Below are positions 1 through 8,436 of a stretch of 63,699 bases of DNA, piece after piece. The notes beneath the pieces were generated by a model. That model was not told the DNA's origin and ran no database searches. It saw nothing but the letters and a program-made list of their open reading frames with translations. The position numbers were made by a program, and so were the translations under genes. The DNA is taken from contig JAFVYP010000141.1 in the NCBI GenBank assembly GCA_017508555.1, forward strand, positions 1 through 63,699. The letters run 5' to 3'. Positions within the stretch are counted from its first letter, which is position 1. The number at the start of each line of letters is the position of its first letter. This stretch comes from Lentisphaeria bacterium (GTDB lineage: Bacteria; Verrucomicrobiota; Lentisphaeria; Victivallales; Victivallaceae).

Positions 1-138
1 ATACAATGATATAAAACTAAAAATACTTCGCTTTTCTCGAAAAGGGGTGGGGTGTGGGGAGGGGAAAAACCTCTTTTCCCGCGAAAAGAGGTTTTTCCCC
101 TCCCCGCGATACCATCGACCCTTGTCGGGAACAGCGCG
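1..138 (-). repeat. MITE/REP-like palindromic repeat, variant A, reverse orientation, left end cut by window edge
   Basis: Aligns by eye almost base-for-base with 13091-13226. Terminal motif CCCTTGTCGGGAACAGCGCG at 119-138. Perfect 23-bp inverted repeat 56-78 / 83-105. Confidence 0.85.
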
Positions 139-274
139 AATCAAAAAAACACCGCTTTTCTTGAAAAGGATTGGTTTTGGGGGAAGGGGGCTGAAGGTCG
201 GCTCCGGTATCTCTCTTTTCTCTTGAAAAGAGGTTTTTCCCTTCTCCGGGAGCCATCAGCCCTTGTCGGGAAGA
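139..274 (-). repeat. Second, diverged tandem copy of the same repeat carrying the asymmetric (variant B) core
   Basis: CCGCTTTTCTTGAAAAGG ... GGGGGCTGAAGGTCGGCTCCGGTATCTCTCTTTTC ... AAAAGAGGTTTTTCCC ... CCCTTGTCGGGAAG (261-274) parallels the copies at 21720 and 48065. Confidence 0.7.
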
Positions 275-301
275 GAGCATTTGAAAAAGAGGGTTTTATT
301 T

Positions 302-1141
302 ATGGAAAAAATCTATCTCTGGAACGACAGTTCCATCCTGACCAAAGCTGACCGTCCCTCCATTACTTTCATGCCTGCTGAAACAGAGGGCGATGCGCCG
401 GCCGTTCTGGTGATTCCCGGGGGGAGTTATTCCTCCGTCTGCGAAACGACTGAGGGTTCGCCCATCGGACGGAAATTCAATGCGCTGGGGTATCATGCTT
501 TTATTCTGGATTACCGTACCGATCCCTGCCATTTTCCTGCCCCCCAGCTGGATGCCATGCGGGCTGTCAAAATGATCCGGGCCAATGCCGCACAGTGGCA
601 TGTGGATCCTCACAGGGTCTATTCCTGCGGTTTTTCAGCGGGCGGCCACCTGGCCGGGGCTTTGGGAACCATCTGCCATGATCTGGATGCTTCTGCGGGA
701 GATGTCTGCGATCAGTACTCCGCTCTTCCTGACGGTATGATCCTCTGTTACGGTGTGCTTGCCTTTGAGGAGTGGAGCCACAACGGTACGCAGAAGTGCC
801 TGCTGGGGGAAAACTTCAGGGAGATCAGAAAAGATTATTCCCTTCCGGATTTTGTTACAGAAAAAACCCCGCCGGCATTTGTGTTCCATACAGTCGGGGA
901 TCAGGTCGTCAGTTACCGCAATGCCCTTTGTTTTGCCGATGCCATGGCCCGGGCCGGGCGTCCCTGTCAGCTGGCATTGACCTATTGGGGAGACCACGGC
1001 ATGCTGCTGGCCAACGACACCCTTGATGCCGTTTCATGGCCTGAACAGGCGGATGCCTTTTTCAAATCCGTCATCCTTTCAGAAACAGATCCGACCTTCC
1101 GTGCGCGGTACACCAATAAATATCAGTCAGAGCATCTTTGA
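302..1141 (+). CDS. Alpha/beta hydrolase (esterase/lipase-like)
   Basis: ORF 263-1141 begins with TTG inside the repeat, so it is trimmed to the first ATG (302), which follows AAGAGGG. Motifs VIPGGSY and nucleophile elbow GFSAGGHLA. Paralog of 9554-10474. Confidence 0.8.
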   Translation: MEKIYLWNDSSILTKADRPSITFMPAETEGDAPAVLVIPGGSYSSVCETTEGSPIGRKFNALGYHAFILDYRTDPCHFPAPQLDAMRAVKMIRANAAQWHVDPHRVYSCGFSAGGHLAGALGTICHDLDASAGDVCDQYSALPDGMILCYGVLAFEEWSHNGTQKCLLGENFREIRKDYSLPDFVTEKTPPAFVFHTVGDQVVSYRNALCFADAMARAGRPCQLALTYWGDHGMLLANDTLDAVSWPEQADAFFKSVILSETDPTFRARYTNKYQSEHL

Positions 1142-1147
1142 GCGGGA

Positions 1148-2341
1148 TCAGATGATCTCTCTTGAGGCCACGATCCTGTCGATGATCTCCGCGTAACCGG
1201 GAATGAGAAGTTCCTCTTTTTCGGCGATCACAAGGGGGACGGAGGTGGAGGGACTTGAGGGCGCAAACACGGTGCAGCTGTCGGGAACCTGATTTTCAGA
1301 GAGTTCCATGGTGCCGATCTTCCGGGCTGTTGCGATGGTATCCAGTTTATCTTCTCCCACCACGGGCCGCAGGACAAGCATGTCGATCGCGCGGTTGATG
1401 GTATCCATATTGACCAGGGTCTGACTTGCCACCTGTCCGAGGGCGTCTCCCGTCACCAGTGCGCGGCAGCCGGTTTCAGAGGCGATGCGTTCGGCGATAC
1501 GGAGCATTGCTCTGCGGTAAAGAACAGTCCTCAGCCGTTCGGAACAGTTGTCCCGGACGGCTTTTTGAAATTCCAGCAGATTGACCAGATGAAGTTTTCC
1601 TGCCTGCTGGAAAGTATTCAAATGAGCGGCAATGGTTTTGACTTTTTCCGTGGTCTCTTCCGGGGTGTAGGGGAAGCTGTGGAAGGAGACATAATCCGTC
1701 GGCGATCCCCGCTTCATGATAAGATAGGCTGCCACAGGAGAGTCGATCCCGCCGGAAAGCAGGGTCATGACCCGGGGATTGCTGCCCACCGGCAGGCCGC
1801 CGGGGCCTTCATAGGTATCAAAGTAAAGCAGAGAAAACTCATCTCTGACTTCACAGCCCAAAGTCAGTTCCGCATCGTCATTGAGATTGAGCTTGAAACG
1901 CCGGTGGTCAAAGCAGCTGGCCACGGCGGAAACAAGGTCGATCTCGATCTCCTTGCTCTGAAGCGGAAAACTCTTGTTGCTTCTTCTGGCCCGGACGCGG
2001 AAAGTGACCGTATCCGGCCGGCCCTCAAAAACGCGGGGAACCATGCTGATAACGGTTTTGCGGATGGCTTCCATATCGCTGTCAACGCGCATGGCCGGAG
2101 AAAAGGTCTCGATCCCGAAAGCCTTTTCAAGGGCCGGGATCATGTTCTCGACCTCTTCCTGCGTGTAGTTGCGTTTTTCCGGATGTTCGATCCAGATGCG
2201 TCCTCTCACACGGAGGACTTTGCAGTCCACGATCCCCTTGAGCAGACGGCGGATATTATCCACCAGACAGCGCTCAAACATATTGCGGTTGTTGCCTTTG
2301 GTGGCTATTTCATGATAGCGGCAGATGATACAGTTATACAT
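1148..2341 (-). CDS. thiI: tRNA 4-thiouridine synthase ThiI (no rhodanese domain)
   Basis: PP-loop SGGIDSPVAAYL plus THUMP-like N-terminal region. Trimmed to ATG 2341 (MYNCIICRYHEIATKG) because the upstream part of the ORF overlaps the murC 3' end. Confidence 0.9.
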   Translation of the reverse strand: MYNCIICRYHEIATKGNNRNMFERCLVDNIRRLLKGIVDCKVLRVRGRIWIEHPEKRNYTQEEVENMIPALEKAFGIETFSPAMRVDSDMEAIRKTVISMVPRVFEGRPDTVTFRVRARRSNKSFPLQSKEIEIDLVSAVASCFDHRRFKLNLNDDAELTLGCEVRDEFSLLYFDTYEGPGGLPVGSNPRVMTLLSGGIDSPVAAYLIMKRGSPTDYVSFHSFPYTPEETTEKVKTIAAHLNTFQQAGKLHLVNLLEFQKAVRDNCSERLRTVLYRRAMLRIAERIASETGCRALVTGDALGQVASQTLVNMDTINRAIDMLVLRPVVGEDKLDTIATARKIGTMELSENQVPDSCTVFAPSSPSTSVPLVIAEKEELLIPGYAEIIDRIVASREII

Positions 2342-2357
2342 GTTTCCCCCCGGGAAT

Positions 2358-3605
2358 TTATGATAAATATGGAATGATCTTTTCAATATCTCCTGCGCCG
2401 AGTACAGCGACCAGGAGCGGTTTGTCATCACAGGGCCGCTGAAGGACTGTGCGGGCATCTTCCGGAAAAGAGCCGGAAAGCGCTGTTCCGCCGCTTGCCT
2501 CTGCCAGCATGGCGCTGTTGTATTTTCCTGTCTCGCTCCATGCGGCAAAGACAGGCGCGATAAAGAGTGAATCCGCTTTTTGCAGAACTGCGGAAAAACT
2601 GCTGAAAAACTTTTCCAGCCGCGCATAACGGTGCGGCTGAAAGACGATTCGCAGATGATACTGGGGATATTTCAGACGCAGATATTCCAGAGAACGGGCC
2701 ACCTCCTGAGGATGATGGGCATAATCTTCGATCAGCAGATATCCTTTGCGCTGGATATGGACCGTCATGCGCCGCTTGATGCCTTTGAAAGAGGCCGCAG
2801 CCTCTTGAGCCTGCTGTCTGTCACAACCGTAAATAACGGCCGCTTCAACGGCAAGAAAGGCATTGAGGGCCATAAATCCCACATGTCCGGCAAACTCGAA
2901 TCCGGCCGGAGGATGGGGGAAAGTGATGATGTTATCCAAACCGGCAAACAGCTCTTTTTCAGTGTCGAAGCAGATGACCCGTTCCGCTCTGCGGGCAAAG
3001 GTGCGGAAATTTTCCTTCAGGGCCTCTTCTCCGCCCACGCTCCAGGCGTGATCGCCGTCAGCGTTGGGGACGATCCCGAGATAAGGGGTCAGCAGTTTGT
3101 GGGTCCCGTCGGACTCATCCGCTTCGGTGATGAAAATATCATCTCCGCTGCCGGCATGGGAGGAACTGCCGTCATTGACGCCGGCTCCGATCATATATCC
3201 CGGCTGCAGGCCGCAGGCAAGCAGAATATGGGTCAGCATGGCTGTAATGGTGCTTTTGCCGTGAGAACCTGAAACGGCGGCCACTCTGCGGTAAAGTTTC
3301 AGCAGTTCCGCCAGAAATTCGCCGCGGCGCATTTGAGGCATGTTCAGTTCACGGGCTTTCTGCCGTTCGGGATTTTCCTCAGGAACTGCGGAGGAGTAAA
3401 CTGCAAGGCGGGTCTTTTCCGGCAGATGATCCCTGTGGTGTCCTGTGAAAACAGCTGCGCCCTTTGAAGAGAGGGCGCGGCATTTATCATTGGATTCAAG
3501 GTCGGAACCGGAAACGCCAACGCCTCTTGCCAGAAGGATCTCCGCCAGGGGAGCCATACCGGCGCCGCCGATACCGATAAAGTGGATATGTTCAGGCAGG
3601 GCCAT
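2358..3605 (-). CDS. murC: UDP-N-acetylmuramate--L-alanine ligase (compact MurC-type Mur ligase)
   Basis: IHFIGIGGAGMAPLAEIL, GSHGKSTITAM, DYAHHPQE and FQPHRYAR motifs. At 415 aa it is shorter than typical MurC. Confidence 0.8.
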   Translation of the reverse strand: MALPEHIHFIGIGGAGMAPLAEILLARGVGVSGSDLESNDKCRALSSKGAAVFTGHHRDHLPEKTRLAVYSSAVPEENPERQKARELNMPQMRRGEFLAELLKLYRRVAAVSGSHGKSTITAMLTHILLACGLQPGYMIGAGVNDGSSSHAGSGDDIFITEADESDGTHKLLTPYLGIVPNADGDHAWSVGGEEALKENFRTFARRAERVICFDTEKELFAGLDNIITFPHPPAGFEFAGHVGFMALNAFLAVEAAVIYGCDRQQAQEAAASFKGIKRRMTVHIQRKGYLLIEDYAHHPQEVARSLEYLRLKYPQYHLRIVFQPHRYARLEKFFSSFSAVLQKADSLFIAPVFAAWSETGKYNSAMLAEASGGTALSGSFPEDARTVLQRPCDDKPLLVAVLGAGDIEKIIPYLS

Positions 3606-3613
3606 CGGTCAAC

Positions 3614-5650
3614 TCACTGGGTGAACTGGGTGTCGTAAAGTTTTTTATATTTGCCGTTCAGAGCGATCAGCTCCTCGTGTGTTCCCGCCTCAATGATCCT
3701 GCCCTGATCCAGAACGAGGATACAGTTGGCATGACGGATGGTACTCAAGCGGTGGGCAATGGCAAAGACTGTACGGTTGGACATGACCCGGGTGAGCGCC
3801 TCCTGCACCAGTTTTTCTGTTACAGTATCCAAAGCGCTTGTGGCCTCATCCAGAATCAGGATGGGGGGATTGCGCAAAATCGCGCGGGCGATGGCGACGC
3901 GCTGTTTTTCGCCGCCGGAAAGTTTGAAGCCTTTTTCCCCCACATTGGAGTCATAGCCCTCTTTGTGGCGTCCGCTTATGATAAATTCATGAGCGTTGGC
4001 AAGTTTGGCTGCTTCGATGATCTCTTCGCGGGTGGCGCCGAAATTGCCGTAGGCGATGTTGTCAGCGATGGACTCGTTGAAAAGAACAGGCTCCTGATTG
4101 ACCACGCCGATCAGTTTGCGCAGGGAGGCGATGTTGCAGTCCCTGACATCGGTATCGTCGATCATGATTTTTCCTGAGCTGACATCGTAGAAACGGGCGA
4201 TCAGATTGGCGATGGTGGATTTGCCGGAACCGGTTTCCCCGACCACGGCGACAACGCTGCCTTTGGGAATGGAGAACGAGATATTTTGGAGGATCTGCTT
4301 TTCTCCGTAGTTGAAGGAGACATCGTGCAATTCGATCTTATCCGTAAATGCCTGCAGTACTTTTGCATCCTTTTTTTCGGGCAGGGAGGTGTCTGTGTCA
4401 ATAATATCAAAAAATCTATCCGCCGCCGCCATGGAACGCTGGATGGCCGCCACCACTTTTGAGATGGACTTCAGCGGTCTGTAAGCCATGAATGCAGGTG
4501 AAAGAAGCGCCGCCAGCTGGGTCAATGTCACGCCGTCCCAGTAGGAGTAAACCAGAAAGACCAGCGTCCCCAGAACGCCCACGAATTCCATGGAGGGGGA
4601 GACGAAAAGCTGAAGTCTCAAGGCGCGGATGACCTGTTTCAGATATTTGCGGTTGGAGGCAATGAAACGATCGTTTTCGTATTTTTCCGTGTTGCAGGCT
4701 TTGACGATGCGGATGCCGGAAAATGTCTCATGCATGCGGGAAAACACATCCGCAATGCGGGCAAAACTTTTGCGGTACACTTTGCGGATCTTCCGTCCAA
4801 GCAGCTGAAGAGGAAAGATGAGGACAGGAACACCCAGCAGCAGGATCACCGCCAGACTGAAACTGTTGTACTCTTTGCAGGCAACGAGGATCGCCGCAAA
4901 ACAGGCCAGCACCTGAAGCGGGGCACTGGTGAGATCTTCAATGGAGTGAGAGATGGAGTCTTCCAGAGCCGTTGTATCATTTGTGCAGCGGCTGATGAGA
5001 TGTCCCACATCCATATTGCCGTAGAAAGAGAGGGACTGATCCGAAAGTTTTTTGAAGATCAGTTCCCGCAAGTCTGCCACCACCATCGCCCCCACCATGC
5101 GGGTACAGTAGGCGTTCAGGTAGTGCGCCAGGGTCTTGACCAGCCAGATGAGGACAAAAAAGACAGCATAACAGGCAAAGAGCTGCCAGGCGATCTTGCC
5201 GGCACTGTCCACCAGGTCAAATTCAAATTCTTTGGGCCAGCGGACCTTGATGGTCTTGTTTTCCAGCGTGCAGGGCAGTTTGTACTGACGGATGATCTCC
5301 CGGGCCTTTTTCAGCAGTTTGGTCAGCTGAGGATCGGCATCCGGCGGGTTGAGGATCTTATCCACTTCCGCCATTTTCTGTTCAGCCGTAAGGCCCGGAA
5401 CGGAAACGGCTTTGACGATCGCCTCATTGAGCTGCTGCTCTGTTTTGACCGCTTTGGTGTTGACACCGGGATCAATGGTCCCCACCAGCTGGGGGATCAT
5501 CATCAAGCCGACAAAGAGCGAACCGCCCACCATCAAACCTGCCACGATACCGATGGTCAGACGTTTCCAGTAAGGGCGGGCATAAGAGACGAGCCGCAGA
5601 TAACTCTGCGGCTTGAAGTCTCTGTTGTTATTTGTTTTGGAATCAGACAC
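3614..5650 (-). CDS. ABC exporter, fused permease/ATPase (MsbA-like) with an enlarged first periplasmic loop
   Basis: Walker A GETGSGKST, signature LSGGEKQRVAIARA, Walker B ILILDEATSALD. Six-TM type N-terminal half. GTG start at 5650. Confidence 0.85.
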   Translation of the reverse strand: MSDSKTNNNRDFKPQSYLRLVSYARPYWKRLTIGIVAGLMVGGSLFVGLMMIPQLVGTIDPGVNTKAVKTEQQLNEAIVKAVSVPGLTAEQKMAEVDKILNPPDADPQLTKLLKKAREIIRQYKLPCTLENKTIKVRWPKEFEFDLVDSAGKIAWQLFACYAVFFVLIWLVKTLAHYLNAYCTRMVGAMVVADLRELIFKKLSDQSLSFYGNMDVGHLISRCTNDTTALEDSISHSIEDLTSAPLQVLACFAAILVACKEYNSFSLAVILLLGVPVLIFPLQLLGRKIRKVYRKSFARIADVFSRMHETFSGIRIVKACNTEKYENDRFIASNRKYLKQVIRALRLQLFVSPSMEFVGVLGTLVFLVYSYWDGVTLTQLAALLSPAFMAYRPLKSISKVVAAIQRSMAAADRFFDIIDTDTSLPEKKDAKVLQAFTDKIELHDVSFNYGEKQILQNISFSIPKGSVVAVVGETGSGKSTIANLIARFYDVSSGKIMIDDTDVRDCNIASLRKLIGVVNQEPVLFNESIADNIAYGNFGATREEIIEAAKLANAHEFIISGRHKEGYDSNVGEKGFKLSGGEKQRVAIARAILRNPPILILDEATSALDTVTEKLVQEALTRVMSNRTVFAIAHRLSTIRHANCILVLDQGRIIEAGTHEELIALNGKYKKLYDTQFTQ

Positions 5651-5662
5651 TTAGATGATTTC

Positions 5663-6784
5663 TCACTTGAAGAATTTTGCAATCGTCTCAACCACGAAGG
5701 CACGCTGTTCGGGCGTGGTTTCTCCGAAAATGGGCAGCGCCAGCACTTCAGAGGTGGCCTTTTCACATTCGGGATAATCTCCGGCTTTGCCGCCCAGATC
5801 CTTGAAACACTCCTGCAGGTGCAGAGAGAGCGGATAATAGATCGCGCATCCGATCTCATTTTCAGCCAGGAAGTTTTTGAGCGCATCCCGCTTGCCGTTC
5901 TTGACGCGGATGCAGTACTGGTTGTAGATGTGACGCACAGGATAAGCCGCTTCCTGCGGCAGAGCGATCATGTCATCCGTGATACCGGCTTCGGCAAAAA
6001 GTTTTTTGTAATCGGCGGCGTTGCGCTGACGGGCTTCGCTCCAGGAATCCAGATAACGGAGCTTGATGGAAAGAATGGCCGCCTGAAGCGCGTCCAGACG
6101 GAAGTTGCCGCCCACGTATTCGTGGATATAGGTCTTGCTCTGTCCGTGGTTGCGGAAGATTTTGAGGATATCGGTCTTTTCCGCACGGCAGGTGACGGCT
6201 CCGCCGTCGCCGAAACAGCCCAGGTTTTTGCTGGGGAAGAAACTGAAGGCACCGTAATCACCGATGGAGCCCACACGCTTGCCTTTGTATTCGGAACCGA
6301 TGGCCTGGCAGGCATCTTCGATGACGAAAAGGTTGTGTTCTTTGGCAATGGCCATGATGGGATCCATATCCGCAGCCTGTCCGAACAGGTGGACGGGGAT
6401 GATGCCGCGGGTTTTGGGGGTGATCTTTTCTGCGATTTTGGCCGGGTCGATGTTGAAGGTCACGGGGTCGATATCGGCAAAAACAGGGGTGGCGCCGCAG
6501 CGGACGATGGCGCCGACGGTGGCAAAGAAGGTGAAGGGAGAGGTGATGATCTCGTCACCGGGTTTCACGCCTTCGACCATCAGCGCGATGATGAGTGCAT
6601 CGGAACCGCTGGTGACGCCAACGGCACCGCCGGACTGGCAATAAGCTGCAAGCTCCTGCTCGAAAGCCTCGACTTTGGGACCGAGGATGAAACGCTGGGA
6701 GTCGCACAGTTCAGCAACTGTTTCAAGAATTTCAGCCTTGAGAGGGCTGTACTGCGCACGGAGATCAAGCAAAGGTACCTGCAT
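5663..6784 (-). CDS. DegT/DnrJ/EryC1/StrS-family sugar aminotransferase
   Basis: MQVPLLDLRAQY start and PLP-lysine context FFPSKNLGCFGDGG. Trimmed to ATG 6784, which follows GGAGGA. Confidence 0.9.
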   Translation of the reverse strand: MQVPLLDLRAQYSPLKAEILETVAELCDSQRFILGPKVEAFEQELAAYCQSGGAVGVTSGSDALIIALMVEGVKPGDEIITSPFTFFATVGAIVRCGATPVFADIDPVTFNIDPAKIAEKITPKTRGIIPVHLFGQAADMDPIMAIAKEHNLFVIEDACQAIGSEYKGKRVGSIGDYGAFSFFPSKNLGCFGDGGAVTCRAEKTDILKIFRNHGQSKTYIHEYVGGNFRLDALQAAILSIKLRYLDSWSEARQRNAADYKKLFAEAGITDDMIALPQEAAYPVRHIYNQYCIRVKNGKRDALKNFLAENEIGCAIYYPLSLHLQECFKDLGGKAGDYPECEKATSEVLALPIFGETTPEQRAFVVETIAKFFK

Positions 6785-6951
6785 AATAAAATCCTCCTGG
6801 ATTGGGTTGTATATTAGATTCAGAGCCATTGATTAGCTCCAAAAATATCTAAATGTATATAATATAGCGCCGCAATCTCTTTTTGTCATCCCCCGTTTCC
6901 CGGAAAATAACGTTTTTTTTACTGTTTTTTAACAGGAAACGGATGTCTGTG

Positions 6952-7686
6952 CTACTTCAGGCGGGCGTGGATATGGCGGCAGCGGTAAAAGTCCCTGACC
7001 GGCTGGGGATAACCGGAGTCTTCAACTCTTTCCAGGGCGCTTGAGTAATTCTTTCTTGCCGCCATGATCGACCAGCCCGCACCGGGTTTGACATCAAAGC
7101 CGGCTGCGGTAAGCTCTTTGAGCAGTTCATCCAGCGGTACGGCGGCCAGGATCTCCCAGGAGACATCTTTTTTGTTGTCGTTGATTTTGCCGTTGATGCG
7201 GGGTTTGACTGTGATTTTGGTCTTGACAGGCAGTTTAGCCGATTGCAGGCGGTTGGTTCCCGGACCCAGAACATACTGACAGTAAACTCTGCCGTCAGGC
7301 GTGAACTGGATGTCAAAATAACCTGTTTCGCTCAAGGGACTGAGTATCAGCAGAAAAGTGTCTCCCGCGCCGAGAAAGGGCGTTGTGCCAGCCACAGGTT
7401 CCGACAGGATCTCACTGTCGTACAACTCTCCACGGACATAAAGGGTCTTTCCGCTGAAAAGCAGTTTGACGCTGCCTTTTTCCACGGGCATTTTTTGGAA
7501 ATCCCCGGCAAGGTCAGCTCTTTTATACAGGGGGAGGGGACGGATTTTCTGCCATTGGGGAGAATCCAGTTTGAGCAGTGCGGCACTTTTGAGTTTTCTT
7601 GCCCGCAGTTCCGGGGGCAGATATTCTCCGGAAAAAGCGGAGAGGACAAAAACTGTCAGATAGAGTGAAAGAGTGAGCTTTTTCAT
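6952..7686 (-). CDS. Secreted protein of unknown function, paralog B (possible CBM9/DOMON-like beta-sandwich)
   Basis: N-terminal signal peptide MKKLTLSLYLTVFVLSAFS. Shares W..P..Y, P.EK..VKLL, LYV..L.DSE, GDT, NYS and ARL blocks with 7693-8436. The fold assignment is a guess. Confidence 0.55.
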   Translation of the reverse strand: MKKLTLSLYLTVFVLSAFSGEYLPPELRARKLKSAALLKLDSPQWQKIRPLPLYKRADLAGDFQKMPVEKGSVKLLFSGKTLYVRGELYDSEILSEPVAGTTPFLGAGDTFLLILSPLSETGYFDIQFTPDGRVYCQYVLGPGTNRLQSAKLPVKTKITVKPRINGKINDNKKDVSWEILAAVPLDELLKELTAAGFDVKPGAGWSIMAARKNYSSALERVEDSGYPQPVRDFYRCRHIHARLK

Positions 7687-7692
7687 GGTGTT

Positions 7693-8436
7693 TTACTTTG
7701 TTGTGGTGACAAGTTCAAGACGGGCATAATTTTTCAGAGGATGAAAATCCGGAATGATCTGCGGAAATCCGGAAAGTTCCGTTTCTTCCAGAAAACGGCT
7801 GTAATTGTACCGGGCGACCAGAATGGTCCAGTTTTCTTCTGTGGTGAATTTCAAACCGTTTTTGCACAATTCTTTCAGGGGGATGGCGATGAGAAGTTTC
7901 CAGCCTTTATCCCTGTCGCGCCAGTTGTTGAAAGTTCCGTCGATGACCGCATCGACTTTGATCGCGGGCAGGGGATATTGGTAACATTCAGAAAGACCGG
8001 CGACGCCGCGGGAACGGAAATAGAAACAGGAGGTCAGCTTGCCGGGAGTTCCGTAGATCTCCCAGTAGTATTTCTCTCCGGCAGGTTTCAGAAAAACCTC
8101 CACCGTATCGCCCAGGGCAAAGAGAAAGGTCTGATTGCTTTTGCCGGAGGATACGACTTCAGAATCCTGCAGACGGACGCCCACATACAGATAATTATCA
8201 TCATACAGCAGTTTGACGACCGCTTTTTCTTTGGGCAGACGGTAAAAATCCTCCAGTGTGCCGGCTGTTTTATAGAAAGCGTAAGCCGGGGCATTTTTCC
8301 ACGCGGGGGCGGTCATCTCTGCCGAAAAGGGCAATGATGAGGTCCTGACCGCCTGTATGACGGGGCAGTTCTGATCCTCTCCTCTGGAGACGAGGGCAGC
8401 TGCAGTCAACAGAATACTTGTAAAAATTTTTCTCAT
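7693..8436 (-). CDS. Secreted protein of unknown function, paralog A (possible CBM9/DOMON-like beta-sandwich)
   Basis: Signal peptide MRKIFTSILLTAAALVS. Conserved blocks shared with 6952-7686. Start overlaps the glxK stop by 4 nt. Confidence 0.55.
   Translation of the reverse strand: MRKIFTSILLTAAALVSRGEDQNCPVIQAVRTSSLPFSAEMTAPAWKNAPAYAFYKTAGTLEDFYRLPKEKAVVKLLYDDNYLYVGVRLQDSEVVSSGKSNQTFLFALGDTVEVFLKPAGEKYYWEIYGTPGKLTSCFYFRSRGVAGLSECYQYPLPAIKVDAVIDGTFNNWRDRDKGWKLLIAIPLKELCKNGLKFTTEENWTILVARYNYSRFLEETELSGFPQIIPDFHPLKNYARLELVTTTK

Noticed and set aside
1-274. Possibility that the recurring repeat is a CRISPR array
   Set aside because: Apart from this one tandem pair, copies are scattered kilobases apart and occur in both orientations. 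They are 150-175 bp long with terminal inverted repeats and are not separated by short unique spacers. No cas genes are present.
17-351. Short ORFs inside repeat copies (17-280, 52-351, 12978-13311, 21573-21857, 47894-48310), which give recurring peptides such as SREKR..FPLP
   Set aside because: They recur only because the DNA repeat recurs. They are found in both orientations and several frames, lack RBSs, and are broken differently in each copy.
2342-2626. N-terminal extensions proposed by the ORF caller. Examples: thiI (shown here), the esterase at 263, the LysR gene at 13268, hom at 29936, plsY at 42907, the lipoprotein at 48090, the HTH regulator up to 57077, lptB at 59012.
   Set aside because: The extensions overlap the upstream gene, a repeat or a promoter, or use TTG/GTG codons. 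In each case an internal ATG preceded by a GGAG-type RBS matches the conserved N-terminus of the family.
5351-5365. DnaA-box-like TTATCCACT
   Set aside because: It is a single near-match inside the ABC exporter coding region. There is no cluster of boxes, A/T-rich unwinding element or dnaA/dnaN context.
4730-6817. 695-aa plus-strand ORF
   Set aside because: It is antisense to the MsbA-like exporter and the DegT aminotransferase. The composition is shadow-frame-like.
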